64,000 nt of DNA from Actinomycetota bacterium (GTDB lineage Bacteria; Actinomycetota; Acidimicrobiia; Acidimicrobiales; Acidimicrobilacustridaceae), in contig WLMU01000001.1 of the NCBI GenBank assembly GCA_009700115.1, positions 4,364 to 68,363 on the forward strand, given 5' to 3'. Both the position numbers and the translations under genes were made by a program. Shown one piece after another: positions 45,675 through 55,705 of this stretch (its first letter is position 1; every line of letters begins with the position of its first letter). The notes below the pieces were generated by a model. It did no database searches, was not told the origin of the DNA, and was given only the letters and a program-made list of their open reading frames with translations.

Positions 45675-47306
45675 TTAGATGTCGCGTGCCGGGCGGGATC
45701 CAGCATGGATCCCGGCTCGGTACCCAAACACGGTGCCATTGCCGATGGTGCCGCCACCGCTGGGGTAGGCCCAGCCAAACACATTCGCCGCGGTATTTCC
45801 CGCAGCGTAGAGACCTTCGATCACTCCGCCACCTTGGCGACGAACTTCGGCGTCTTTGCTGATCATTGGTCCGCCGTTTGTGCCGAGCATTCCTGGATAG
45901 ATGCGGACGGCATAGAACGGGCCTTCAACGAGAGGCTTCATTGTGCCTGGCCCCATTAACCCTTTGCTGGTGCGCTCAAAGTCTGGGTCAACGCCATTCG
46001 TTGCGTTCTCGTTGAATCGGTCAACAGTCGCAACGAGTGCGGCAGGATCGATGCTGATCATCGACGCCAATTCAGCAATGGAGTTGGCTTTGATGACCCA
46101 ATCGGGGTCGGGCTCGCCGGGGAGCATCGACAGGACGCGGACGTTGGAACGCACGACGTTGTCGAAAATCTGCCAACACGGCCCGGCGTTCGGGAACTCG
46201 TGATTGGTGGAATCAAAGACGCCGAATGCTTTCGGGAAGTCGTTGTACGGAAGTGCTTCATTAGCGAAGCGATTGCCCTTCTGGTTCACAACCATTGACG
46301 AAGGTTCACCGCGTCCCCATTCAAACTGAGGAACCATTTCGCCATTGCGGGTGATCTCGGGGTCGAACATTACGGGCGTTCCCCAGTACGACGTTGTGTT
46401 GCCTAACTGTGCTCCGGCCTTCATGGCCATCGAAAGTCCGTCGCCAGTGTTTCCGCCAGGGCTAAGAGGCTTCACGTCGTAACCGAGATGGGTCATGACC
46501 ATTTCTCGGTTCCATTCGAACCCGCCGCATGCGAGCACAATGCCCTTGCGAGCGCCGACGCGAGTGAGCTTGCCCTCGTGGTCTACAACTGCGCCTACAA
46601 CGGCTCCTGTTTCGTTGGCGACCAGATCCTTTGCCGGCGACGACAACCAAATATCAACGCCGCGGTCAAGCAGGCCCTCGAGAAGTGCTGCGATAAGTGC
46701 TGCGCCCTTTGGGCGGACGTCCTCAGCTTCGCGACGAGCAAGCTCCGCTTCAATCTCTGGAGTTCTTGGCATGAAGTCTTCGGTGAGCGTGGTCGCTGCC
46801 CCGAGTGACATAAGCGTGCCGCGCTTGACGATCTTGTCTTTCCACTCCGGCAAGCGTTCGCCGACGGGATAGGGGTTGGCTTCCACGGTGCGACCCGGAC
46901 GGGGGAGGTGACCTTCCCATCCCCACGGTGTGTAGTAATCGGGGAGAGGTTGAATGTGGAACGTGGCTGGGGTGTGCTCAACGAGGTACTTGAGCATCTC
47001 GGGTGCGGTGTCGACGAACACTTCAAGCAGTTCGGGATCAGGAGCTCGGCCATCGACAACACGGTTGATGTAGGTGAGTGCCGCTTCCCTGGAATCGGGA
47101 ATGCCCGCTTCGGCCATGACGTGGTTATTGGGCAGCCAAATGCCACCGCCGGAAACGGCGGTGGTACCCCCGAGGAGTTCGTCTTTTTCAACAACCAGAA
47201 CCTTTGCGCCTTCATCGGCGGCCATGGTCGCCGCAACAAGGGCAGCGCCACCTGAGCCGACGATGATGACGTCGACAATCTGATCCCATTCGGACGTTGA
47301 AGCCAT
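45675..47306 (-). CDS. FAD-dependent oxidoreductase, 3-ketosteroid dehydrogenase (KstD)-like
   Basis: VGSGGA, GGTTAVSGGGIW, PDYY, GTNGG, GLYAAGN, YPSGGGTIG. Confidence 0.82.
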   Translation of the reverse strand: MASTSEWDQIVDVIIVGSGGAALVAATMAADEGAKVLVVEKDELLGGTTAVSGGGIWLPNNHVMAEAGIPDSREAALTYINRVVDGRAPDPELLEVFVDTAPEMLKYLVEHTPATFHIQPLPDYYTPWGWEGHLPRPGRTVEANPYPVGERLPEWKDKIVKRGTLMSLGAATTLTEDFMPRTPEIEAELARREAEDVRPKGAALIAALLEGLLDRGVDIWLSSPAKDLVANETGAVVGAVVDHEGKLTRVGARKGIVLACGGFEWNREMVMTHLGYDVKPLSPGGNTGDGLSMAMKAGAQLGNTTSYWGTPVMFDPEITRNGEMVPQFEWGRGEPSSMVVNQKGNRFANEALPYNDFPKAFGVFDSTNHEFPNAGPCWQIFDNVVRSNVRVLSMLPGEPDPDWVIKANSIAELASMISIDPAALVATVDRFNENATNGVDPDFERTSKGLMGPGTMKPLVEGPFYAVRIYPGMLGTNGGPMISKDAEVRRQGGGVIEGLYAAGNTAANVFGWAYPSGGGTIGNGTVFGYRAGIHAGSRPARDI

Positions 47307-47409
47307 CTGATTCCCCCAGAGAGAACGGAACGCGGTTTCCGTAGGTGGTGAGGGTAGTTCCGGACAGGAAGTCCTGCGTCAGGTCTGGGTCGGGGCCTAG
47401 GGTCGGTGC

Positions 47410-49143
47410 ATGTTCGATCTGAAAATCATCAATGGAACCATTGTCGACGGAACCGGTGCCGCGAGTTTTATCGGAGATGTCGCGATCACCGACGGGATTG
47501 TTGTCGAGGTCGGCCCGACGATCGCCGGAGACGCCACCGAAGTCATCGACGCAACCGGGCTCGTCGTGGCGCCGGGCTTTGTCGACATTCATACTCACTA
47601 CGACGGCCAGGCCACATGGGATCCGATCCTTGACCCGTCGGCGAGTCATGGCGTTACCACCGTGGTTGTCGGCAACTGCGGCGTCGGTTTTGCTCCAGTG
47701 CGTCCCGGTAAAGAGGGATGGCTCGTAGAACTGATGGAAGGAGTCGAAGATATTCCCGGCACCGCACTTCATGAGGGCATCCAGTGGTCATGGGAAACGT
47801 TCCCGCAATATCTCGATGCGCTTGCCAGCCGTGAGTACTCGATGGATATTGCTGCTTTCGTCCCGCACGCTCCGCTTCGTGTCTATGTCATGGGCGATCG
47901 TGGCGCTCTCGACGTGGAACCAACCAGTGACGAGTTGTCGCAGATGGCCGAGCATGTGCGCGCATCGATCGAAGCGGGCGCAATTGGTGTTTCAACTTCA
48001 CGTTCGCTGAACCACCGCACGCTTGATGGAGAACTCGTTCCAGGCACATTTGCGAATTCCACAGAGTTAGTCGCGTTAGCGCAGGCAATGGTCGACGCGG
48101 GCGGAGGGCTCTTTGAGGCAGTCCCCACCGGCGAGACAGGCGACGATCGCGACACCGTCCTTGGCGAGATTGCGTTGCTCTCCGAAGTCTCGAAGCGCAC
48201 CGGTGTGCCAGTGTCATTTCTCATGATCCAGTCGATGGGCGCTCCAGATCTGTGGGCAGAACAACTTGAAGCCGTTCGCAAGGCGAACATCGAAGGAGCC
48301 CAACTCGTGCCGCAGGTGGCCGGTCGACCCGGTGGCATGCTGATTGGCGTCGCTACCTACCACGGACTTATGCGTCGACCAACATTCCGTCGCCTCGAGT
48401 CAGAACTCTCGTATGACGATTTACTGGCTGCATTGCAGACGCCTGAAGTGAAGACGCAGATTCTTTCTGAAGAGAATCTTCCGGAAGATCCGAACCGTCA
48501 GTACGAATCAATCGCCGACAACATGGCGTTTATGTTTGAGCGGCTCTTTGTCCTGGGCGACCCGCCTGACTACGAGCCCACCCGCGATCGTTCAATTGCA
48601 GGAATGGCCGAGGCCGCAGGTAAGGACCCGTGGGAGGTTCTGTACGACGCGATTGCTGGCGGTGCACTCCTTCTTGGTGCCTTCACGAACTACGCCAATA
48701 CGTCTCAGGATCATCTCGCAGTGATGCTCGAACATCCCGACACGGTGGTGGGGCTTTCTGATGGCGGCGCTCATGTCCGGTTCATTTGCGATGCATCGAT
48801 GCCGACGTATCTGCTGACCCACTGGACTCGTGACCGCACTCGTGGTCGTCGGATTCCGATTGAAGCAATCGTCCGCAAGCAGTCTGCGCTCACTGCAGAG
48901 GTTGTGGGTCTCAATGATCGTGGAGTGCTGCTCGCAGGTAAGCGTGCCGATATCAATGTGATTGATCTTGAAAAACTCACGTTGCATCCACCGCACCCGA
49001 GCGATGACCTTCCCGCTGGCGGGCGTCGGATTCTTCAGGAAGCCACCGGTTATGTGGCCACAATCGTCAATGGTGTGGTGACTCGTCGTTCCGACGCTGA
49101 TACCGGAGCTCGACCCGGACGGCTCGTTCGGGCTTCCCATTAA
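47410..49143 (+). CDS. N-acyl-D-amino-acid deacylase family amidohydrolase
   Basis: [35 protein letters not shown]. Confidence 0.88.
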   Translation: MFDLKIINGTIVDGTGAASFIGDVAITDGIVVEVGPTIAGDATEVIDATGLVVAPGFVDIHTHYDGQATWDPILDPSASHGVTTVVVGNCGVGFAPVRPGKEGWLVELMEGVEDIPGTALHEGIQWSWETFPQYLDALASREYSMDIAAFVPHAPLRVYVMGDRGALDVEPTSDELSQMAEHVRASIEAGAIGVSTSRSLNHRTLDGELVPGTFANSTELVALAQAMVDAGGGLFEAVPTGETGDDRDTVLGEIALLSEVSKRTGVPVSFLMIQSMGAPDLWAEQLEAVRKANIEGAQLVPQVAGRPGGMLIGVATYHGLMRRPTFRRLESELSYDDLLAALQTPEVKTQILSEENLPEDPNRQYESIADNMAFMFERLFVLGDPPDYEPTRDRSIAGMAEAAGKDPWEVLYDAIAGGALLLGAFTNYANTSQDHLAVMLEHPDTVVGLSDGGAHVRFICDASMPTYLLTHWTRDRTRGRRIPIEAIVRKQSALTAEVVGLNDRGVLLAGKRADINVIDLEKLTLHPPHPSDDLPAGGRRILQEATGYVATIVNGVVTRRSDADTGARPGRLVRASH

Positions 49144-49155
49144 GAGCTACTGCTC

Positions 49156-49959
49156 ATGGATCTAGGACTACAAGGCCGGATCGCTCTCGTTACTGGTTCG
49201 TGGCGCGGTACTGGCGCGGGAATCGCCGCGGTATTGGCGGCGGAAGGTGCAACGGTCTTGGTACACGGGCTTGAACCGGGTCAATGCGAAAGCACTCTCG
49301 CTGCTATTGGTTCGGCGGGCGGAACCTGCTTTGAAGTCGTTGGCGATATTCGAACCGATGAAGGCCTCTCGCATTTGCGCGCGTCGGTCGATGGCGTTGC
49401 CGATCACGTCGATATCGTCATTAATAACTACGGAGTGGCTGAAGGAAGCGATTGGTCGAAGAGCGATGCCGGTTCATGGCATTCGAGCTACGACACCAAC
49501 GTTGTTTCCGGTATCCGAGTAACGAATGCGTTCGTTGAGTCGATGCGATCGAATGGTTGGGGGCGCATCGTCTTTGTTTCCACCGTTGGGGCGACACGAC
49601 CAGGCGACCGGATTCCCGAGTACTACGCAGCAAAGGGTGCGCTTCCGTCGGTGACCGTAAGTTTGGCCAAGCATCTTTCGGGCACGGGTATCACGGTCAA
49701 CTGTGTGAGTCCCGGCATCATTGCCACGCCCGAGATGGTCGAGCTCTTCACCGAACGAGCGCGACGCAAAGGTCTCGCAACCGATTGGCCGACCGTAGAA
49801 AAAATGGTTCTCGAAACGGCAATGGCGAATCCTTCGGGGCGGGTCGCCACTCCGGAAGATGTCGGAAGATTCATCGCTTTCGTTGTGAGCGAACCGGGAT
49901 GGCACCTCAATGGGGCACACCTTCGCTTCGACGGTGGTGCCGCCGACGCGGTGACCTGA
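49156..49959 (+). CDS. Short-chain dehydrogenase/reductase
   Basis: TGSWRGTG, INNYG, YYAAK, VNCVSPG. Confidence 0.88.
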   Translation: MDLGLQGRIALVTGSWRGTGAGIAAVLAAEGATVLVHGLEPGQCESTLAAIGSAGGTCFEVVGDIRTDEGLSHLRASVDGVADHVDIVINNYGVAEGSDWSKSDAGSWHSSYDTNVVSGIRVTNAFVESMRSNGWGRIVFVSTVGATRPGDRIPEYYAAKGALPSVTVSLAKHLSGTGITVNCVSPGIIATPEMVELFTERARRKGLATDWPTVEKMVLETAMANPSGRVATPEDVGRFIAFVVSEPGWHLNGAHLRFDGGAADAVT

Positions 49960-49966
49960 GAGCGAT

Positions 49967-50686
49967 CTATCGGCTGCGCCGAAGCACTCTCCAAATAGCG
50001 AGATAGTGCGACAACACGCCGAGCACGACAGCGGTGTGGAAGATCTCGTGAAAACCAAATTTCTTGGGCCACGGGTTTGGTCGTTGAGCAGCAAAGACCG
50101 CAGCACCACCGAGATACGCCACGCCACCAGCAGCGAGCGCTGCAAGGGCAGGCTTGCCTCCGACTCGAACAACCGACGGAGCGAGCGCCACGCCTGAAAC
50201 TCCAAGGACGGGATAGAACCATGAGCCAGCACGGTGTTTTCCGTCGAGACGTATGACTTTGGCTCCCGCTGCAAGTCCGGCTGCTGACCACACCGCCGCC
50301 AGAACTGCTTTTGCTTGTTTCGGAGGAAGTGTTGCAACAGCAAGTGGCGTCCACGTTCCGGCGATCATCACATAGATCATCGAATGGTCGACTCGTCGAA
50401 GAATGTTGGCCATCTTCCGACTCTTCGTGAGTCGGTGATACGCGCCCGACGCGCCAAACATCGCGCAGAGACCTAGTCCGTACACCGACGCAGCGATTCG
50501 ATTTCGACCCGGTTTCGCGTTCATCGCCATGGCAATTGCTGCGGGAGGCGCAAGAAACGCTGAGATCGCGTGGAGCCGCCCCCGGTAAGCAGGGCGTGCA
50601 TCCCAACTGACTTTCCAGATCAATTCATCGAGCGTGGCGAAGGGGCGCGATGTGAAATCAAGCGGTGCGCCTTGCTCGTTTGCCAT
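49967..50686 (-). CDS. Hemolysin III / PAQR family membrane protein
   Basis: RGRLH, SGAYH, DHSMIY..IAGTWTP, GFHEIFH. Confidence 0.9.
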   Translation of the reverse strand: MANEQGAPLDFTSRPFATLDELIWKVSWDARPAYRGRLHAISAFLAPPAAIAMAMNAKPGRNRIAASVYGLGLCAMFGASGAYHRLTKSRKMANILRRVDHSMIYVMIAGTWTPLAVATLPPKQAKAVLAAVWSAAGLAAGAKVIRLDGKHRAGSWFYPVLGVSGVALAPSVVRVGGKPALAALAAGGVAYLGGAAVFAAQRPNPWPKKFGFHEIFHTAVVLGVLSHYLAIWRVLRRSR

Positions 50687-50742
50687 GTGGCGAGCCTACC
50701 GTCGCCAAGCGAATTCCGATTGACTCCGGTAACGTTCGCGCT

Positions 50743-51726
50743 ATGCGTGCTTGGCAAATCACTGAAGTCGGAGCGCCTGTTGATGTGCTGCGCATGGTCG
50801 ATATTCCCGAGCCTGTTCCTGGGCCGGGCGAAGTAGCGCTACAGGTGCATGCCGCTGGTATCGGGATGCCCGATGCATTCATGTGTCGGTCGACGTATGC
50901 GTTTTCTCCTTCACTGCCTTTTGTTCCCGGGCAAGAAATGTGCGGCACGGTTGTTGCAGTGGGCGAGGGTTCTACCGCGAGAGTCGGGGACCGACTTATG
51001 GGCGTCACGAGTTTTTACGACGGCCGTGGCGGTTTGGCGGAGTTCACAATCGCCAGTGACGCGACTCTGTTTCGAGTTCCGGAAGACATGAGTTCTTCCG
51101 ACGCCGCAACATTTCGAATTGGTTATTCAACGGCACTGATTGGTCTGCAACGAAGAGGTGAGGTCCAAGCGGGTGAAACGGTCGTTGTTCTTGGTGCCAG
51201 CGGTGGGTCCGGGAGCACTGCCGTGCAGATCGCTGCTGCCCTTGGGGCGCGGGTACTCGCCGTTGTGTCCACTCCCGAGAAGGCAGCCTTGAGCACGGCG
51301 CTTGGAGCCAGTGCTGTTATCGACCGCAGTGAGGTTGATGTGGCCTCAGCGGTGAACGAAATGACTGATGGTCGCGGTGCTGACCTTGTCTATGACCCAG
51401 TGGGCGGAGACTTGGCAAACGCGACTCTCAAGTGTCTCGCTCCCGGTGGCCGGCTACTGGCTGTGGGATTTGCGAGCGGACAGTGGACAAACCCGCCTGT
51501 TGCCGAACTAGTGCGGCGCAACGTTTCGCTCGTTGGTGTTTATGCCGGTGGAATCGGGCGTACAGAGAATGAATCCGATCATGAGTTGCTCCTGTCGCTC
51601 TACGGCCAAGGAAAGCTGCAGTCTTTTGTTACCGAAGTCTCGTTTGAGCATGGGGTCGACGCAGTAGTGGCGGTCGACGAAGGAACCGTGGTCGGTAAAT
51701 CTGTTGTCGCTGTTTCACATGAATGA
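50743..51726 (+). CDS. NADPH:quinone oxidoreductase (MDR family)
   Basis: PFVPGQE, GASGGSG, YDPVGG, GFASG. Confidence 0.88.
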   Translation: MRAWQITEVGAPVDVLRMVDIPEPVPGPGEVALQVHAAGIGMPDAFMCRSTYAFSPSLPFVPGQEMCGTVVAVGEGSTARVGDRLMGVTSFYDGRGGLAEFTIASDATLFRVPEDMSSSDAATFRIGYSTALIGLQRRGEVQAGETVVVLGASGGSGSTAVQIAAALGARVLAVVSTPEKAALSTALGASAVIDRSEVDVASAVNEMTDGRGADLVYDPVGGDLANATLKCLAPGGRLLAVGFASGQWTNPPVAELVRRNVSLVGVYAGGIGRTENESDHELLLSLYGQGKLQSFVTEVSFEHGVDAVVAVDEGTVVGKSVVAVSHE

Positions 51727-51735
51727 GGGGGACGA

Positions 51736-52524
51736 GTGGCTCGTCTGGAATCTGAAGTAGCAATCGTCACTGGTGGGGCTCGCGGGATTGGTCGCGCGAT
51801 CGCCGAGGCCTACGTCGCTGAAGGTGCACGGGTGTGCGTTGCTGATGTCCGCATCGAACTTGCGCAACAGGTCGCTGAAGCTCTTGGAGAATCCGCCATT
51901 GCTCTCGAACTTGATGTGACTGACGAGCAATCATGGAACCTGGCCATCGGAGCTTGTGAAACGTTGTTTGGCTCTGTGACCGTTCTCGTGAACAACGCGG
52001 GGCTCGCAGAAGGCGCCTCGATCGATGACACCACGCTTGAAAGCTACCGACGCGTCACTGAAGTCAATCAAACGGGGGTCTTCCTCGGAATGAAGACCGT
52101 GATCCCGGCGATGAAACGCGTCGGTCATGGTTCAATCATCAACATGTCCTCGATCGATGGTCTCGTCGGTTCCCCACGCATCATTTCCTACATCGCCAGC
52201 AAGTGGGCCGTGCGAGGGATGACCAAAGCGGTAGCGATGGAGATGGGTCCGTTTTCGATCCGCGTGAATTCAATTCATCCGGGGCATGTCGTTACCGAAC
52301 TTGGACTTCGTGACGGGCTCGATCCCAGCGTCATCACGGCAATGGTGGAAGAGCACACGGCCAGGCATGCGCCGATGCAGCGCACCGGAACGCCGAAGGA
52401 GATTGCCGCAATGGCGGTGTTCCTAGCCTCGAACGAAAGTTCCTATTGCACGGGTGCAGAATTCGTTGTCGATGGCGGGTTTACTGCTGGTTATCCCGCA
52501 CCGGGTTCTCCAAACCCGTATTGA
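51736..52524 (+). CDS. SDR (3alpha,20beta-HSD-like)
   Basis: TGGARGIG, NNAG, YIASKWAVRG, RVNSIHPG. Confidence 0.92.
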   Translation: MARLESEVAIVTGGARGIGRAIAEAYVAEGARVCVADVRIELAQQVAEALGESAIALELDVTDEQSWNLAIGACETLFGSVTVLVNNAGLAEGASIDDTTLESYRRVTEVNQTGVFLGMKTVIPAMKRVGHGSIINMSSIDGLVGSPRIISYIASKWAVRGMTKAVAMEMGPFSIRVNSIHPGHVVTELGLRDGLDPSVITAMVEEHTARHAPMQRTGTPKEIAAMAVFLASNESSYCTGAEFVVDGGFTAGYPAPGSPNPY

Positions 52525-53281
52525 GAAAGCCCTTGATCGCGGCGTTGACCTGATCGGGTACTTCAAGCTGCACGAAGTGTCCTGAATCAGAAACCACCTG
52601 AAACTGAACATCACGAAGGATCGAGCCCAGTAACGCTTCGTCGGCAGCTTCTGCGCTGAGCCAGAGCACAGGGCAATCGACGGATCTCGCCAAAGAAACA
52701 GTATCGATGGCGATGGAAGAAAGATCTTCTTGAGCGACGCGTCGAGGCACTCGTAGCGCTTCAGCAACGACGCTGTCGGCAAGTTCGGGGTGGCGGTTGG
52801 AAATGAACCCTCGATAGATCTTCTCGAAGGCTGCGTCGTCGGCGATTGAGGACACCATTTGAGCGAGGGGGGAGTCGCTCTCAGAACCGCGAAGGTCGGC
52901 CTTGGGGCTGATTCTTGTGTCAAGGAGCACGAGTGCCTCGCAGCGTTCAGGGGCATCGGTTGCAAACTGCAGGACCGACGGGCATCCGCCGGCGTGACCA
53001 ACAATCACTGCTGAGACAATCTGTTCATGATCAAGAACAGCAGCGAGGTCGTTGGCGTGTTGTTGTGCGTTGTAGCCATGCTCGGGCGCGTCGGAGGCGC
53101 CGTGACCGCGTCGGTCTATGGCGAGGACGCGGTGCGTTTTTGAAAAGGCAGTGAGTTGAGCTTGGAAGTGTGTCGCGTTCGAACACCATCCATGGACGAA
53201 AATGATTGCCGGCTCGCTTTGACCACTGACTACGTAGTGCAGTTTTGTGCCGTCAGCGACGCGTACGTAGCGATCTTCCAT
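52481..53281 (-). CDS. Alpha/beta-fold hydrolase
   Basis: FVHGW, DRRGHGAS, GHFVQLE. The nucleophile elbow reads GHAGG (Ala at the usual Ser position). Confidence 0.82.
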   Translation of the reverse strand: MEDRYVRVADGTKLHYVVSGQSEPAIIFVHGWCSNATHFQAQLTAFSKTHRVLAIDRRGHGASDAPEHGYNAQQHANDLAAVLDHEQIVSAVIVGHAGGCPSVLQFATDAPERCEALVLLDTRISPKADLRGSESDSPLAQMVSSIADDAAFEKIYRGFISNRHPELADSVVAEALRVPRRVAQEDLSSIAIDTVSLARSVDCPVLWLSAEAADEALLGSILRDVQFQVVSDSGHFVQLEVPDQVNAAIKGFLNTGLENPVRDNQQ

Positions 53282-53284
53282 CGT

Positions 53285-54310
53285 CTAGGGAGTAAAGGTG
53301 AGAACAGCGCGACCGAGGTATGCGCTCGCCTCGAGCTCGTCGAAGATCTCCGGAAGATCTTCGAGGCCGCCGACTCGCGAAATATGGCTCTTCACCACTC
53401 CGCGGGCAGCGAGGTCAACCAGTTCGCGCATGTCTTGAACAGTGCCTACCGCCGAAAAGATGATGGTGGGATCTTTGATGAACATCATGAACGGATCGAC
53501 TTCGAACGAGCCCTGGCTGGTGGCTGGGAGTCCGACGGCAACAAAGAGCCCTTGCTTACCCAAGATGTCGAATCCGAGTTGGTAACCAGCGATATTGGCA
53601 GTGAAAACGATTGCGGCATCAACTCCTCCGAAATCACGAGCGATGACTTCGCGCGCTTCGGTGGCATCGATCGCAACTTCAGCGCCCATTTCCTTCGCGA
53701 ACTTCAGCCGGTCAGCGCCGACATCAATGGCGATGACTCGATAGCCGAAAGCGGCAGCTAATTGCACGGCATAGTGACCAAGGCCGCCAGCAGCGCCGAC
53801 AATCGCCACGGTTCGACCCGGAGTGATGCGGTGAGCGGTGAGTTTCTTCACCGCGCCGTAGGCAGTGAGACCCCCGCAGGCCAGAGGAGCTTCCATGTCG
53901 CTCACCGAGTCAGGTAGAACAACGAGGGAAGGCGCCCACACCGCAAAGTGTTCGGCAAAAGTACCGATGATTCCAGTGGAGTTCGCACAATGACGCGGCT
54001 CGCCCTCGATGCAGTAGCGGCATTTCCCGCACCAATATTCGCCACCGGTTCCTCCGAGTCCAAGGATGACTCTGTCGCCGATCGAGACCGATGCTTCGGC
54101 GCCTGGACCGAGAGCTTCAACGATGCCTATTCCTTCGTGGCCAAGCGGCCCGTCACCCGTTGCAAACTTCCAGTCGCCACGAGCGAGATGAAGATCTGAG
54201 TGACAAACCCCGCAAGACGACATACGGATAAGCGCCTGATCGGGACCGGGAACCGGGAGATCACTTTCGCGAATCTCAATCGCTCCTGCGACACGCTGCA
54301 CGGATTTCAT
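53285..54310 (-). CDS. Zn-dependent alcohol dehydrogenase (AdhP-like)
   Basis: GVCHSD, GHEG, structural Zn site CGKCRYC...C, ACGGLT, GAAGGLG. Confidence 0.92.
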   Translation of the reverse strand: MKSVQRVAGAIEIRESDLPVPGPDQALIRMSSCGVCHSDLHLARGDWKFATGDGPLGHEGIGIVEALGPGAEASVSIGDRVILGLGGTGGEYWCGKCRYCIEGEPRHCANSTGIIGTFAEHFAVWAPSLVVLPDSVSDMEAPLACGGLTAYGAVKKLTAHRITPGRTVAIVGAAGGLGHYAVQLAAAFGYRVIAIDVGADRLKFAKEMGAEVAIDATEAREVIARDFGGVDAAIVFTANIAGYQLGFDILGKQGLFVAVGLPATSQGSFEVDPFMMFIKDPTIIFSAVGTVQDMRELVDLAARGVVKSHISRVGGLEDLPEIFDELEASAYLGRAVLTFTP

Positions 54311-54395
54311 CGTTCCCCCTAGAAGAGATGACCTGTGAAGGAACATTAGGGCGACAGGCATGTGCGAGGGCGGCGATCTCGGCCAGAATGCACAA

Positions 54396-55121
54396 ATGGA
54401 ACCTTCTGGAATCATCTTTGCCGCCCTCGATTGCGACGCTGCTGTCATCGAGGACTGGAACCGTTGGTACGACCTCGAACACACGCCTCCGAATGTGATG
54501 CTCGAAGGTGTGATGTTGAGCAACCGTTACGTCGCCACCCCGGAACTTCACGCCGCGCGCCAAACTGCTGATGGTTCACCCTTCGGTGGTGGGCGAGCCT
54601 CGTTCATCACGGTGTACACGCTTACTGGCGATCCGCAGATTGCTTTCGACGATATGAGCACGCTTCGTGAGCGGTTGATTGACACTGGGCGTATGGCGTT
54701 CCCCGAGGATCAGAAAGCCGTTCGCGAGGGCGACTGCTTCCAATCGGTTGATGCGTTTGTTTCTTCTCCAACGAAGTTGGTTCCGAAGGATGTCCCGTTT
54801 GTTGGCCACACCGGAGTTGTGATTCGTCACCGTCGCGGTGGTGATGAGGAATCGCTTGCGCGTGCTGCTCGGCTCGTTGATCTGGACTTCGTGCACGGCG
54901 TATGGAGCCTCACGTCACGATTGCGCGAAGGACTCGATATGGACATGGTGTTTGTCGAAGGCGATGCCGCTGAAGCAGCGCGAACCATGCGGGCCGTCGA
55001 ACCCGCCGATGGTGCAACTGAAGTCCTGGTTGATGCTCCCTACGACCGGATCAACCCCATGCACTATCCATGGGCTGATTCGATCCGAAACTCTGAGCTA
55101 CCGAAAACTGTGGCGCTGTAA
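54396..55121 (+). CDS. Hypothetical protein (EthD/DUF4286-like N-terminus)
   Basis: WNRWYDLEHTP..RY pattern; fills the gap between flanking genes. Confidence 0.55.
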   Translation: MEPSGIIFAALDCDAAVIEDWNRWYDLEHTPPNVMLEGVMLSNRYVATPELHAARQTADGSPFGGGRASFITVYTLTGDPQIAFDDMSTLRERLIDTGRMAFPEDQKAVREGDCFQSVDAFVSSPTKLVPKDVPFVGHTGVVIRHRRGGDEESLARAARLVDLDFVHGVWSLTSRLREGLDMDMVFVEGDAAEAARTMRAVEPADGATEVLVDAPYDRINPMHYPWADSIRNSELPKTVAL

Positions 55122-55134
55122 CTCGGCGCAACCG

Positions 55135-55701
55135 CTAACTGGTCATACCGCCGAGGCCGACAAGGCCACGAGCCAATTCGATCTCGCCCATGTGACGCAG
55201 CCCGTGTTGGTACAGCCAGCACTCGAATCCGTCGAGCACAGTGATTCCTTCAGGTCCGGCAACCCGCGCGCTGTACGTGGAGGCAACCTGTGGCGGGAAT
55301 GGTCGCGCAATGATGAGGCGCGTGAAATCAGCAGGATCCATCGCGGCGAGATACGCCTCTGTACGGTCAAAAACCGCCCGCTGGTACTCCTTGAACGCTT
55401 CGAAGTCGCCGATGCGCTGATGGACCATCTCGTCGACGGTTCGTTCTTTGCCATGGTCGTTGATCGCCATCTGGACCCGTGACTGCCACTCATCGCTCCA
55501 GATCGGCATCTGTCCAGTGATGAACATGAAGTTCGCGTCTTCTTGGTTTGTGTAGTGGAAGAGCGAAAACGCGATGGGGAGAACCTTCTCGCGCTCGAAA
55601 TGATTCACATGCTCGGGCCCCATGGTGCTGACCGCTTGGTAATAGAGCGAATGCATCGCGGCCATGCGTCGTTGGAGTGAATCGAGGATGAGTGCAGTCA
55701 C
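55135..55701 (-). CDS. DinB-superfamily protein
   Basis: FSLFH...ED and C-terminal HGLRHMGEI His pattern. Confidence 0.65.
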   Translation of the reverse strand: MTALILDSLQRRMAAMHSLYYQAVSTMGPEHVNHFEREKVLPIAFSLFHYTNQEDANFMFITGQMPIWSDEWQSRVQMAINDHGKERTVDEMVHQRIGDFEAFKEYQRAVFDRTEAYLAAMDPADFTRLIIARPFPPQVASTYSARVAGPEGITVLDGFECWLYQHGLRHMGEIELARGLVGLGGMTS

Positions 55702-55705
55702 GAAA

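Noticed and set aside
49967-50686. Hemolysin III as a virulence factor
   Set aside because: This widespread PAQR-type membrane family is linked to membrane homeostasis, and there is no toxin or secretion context here.
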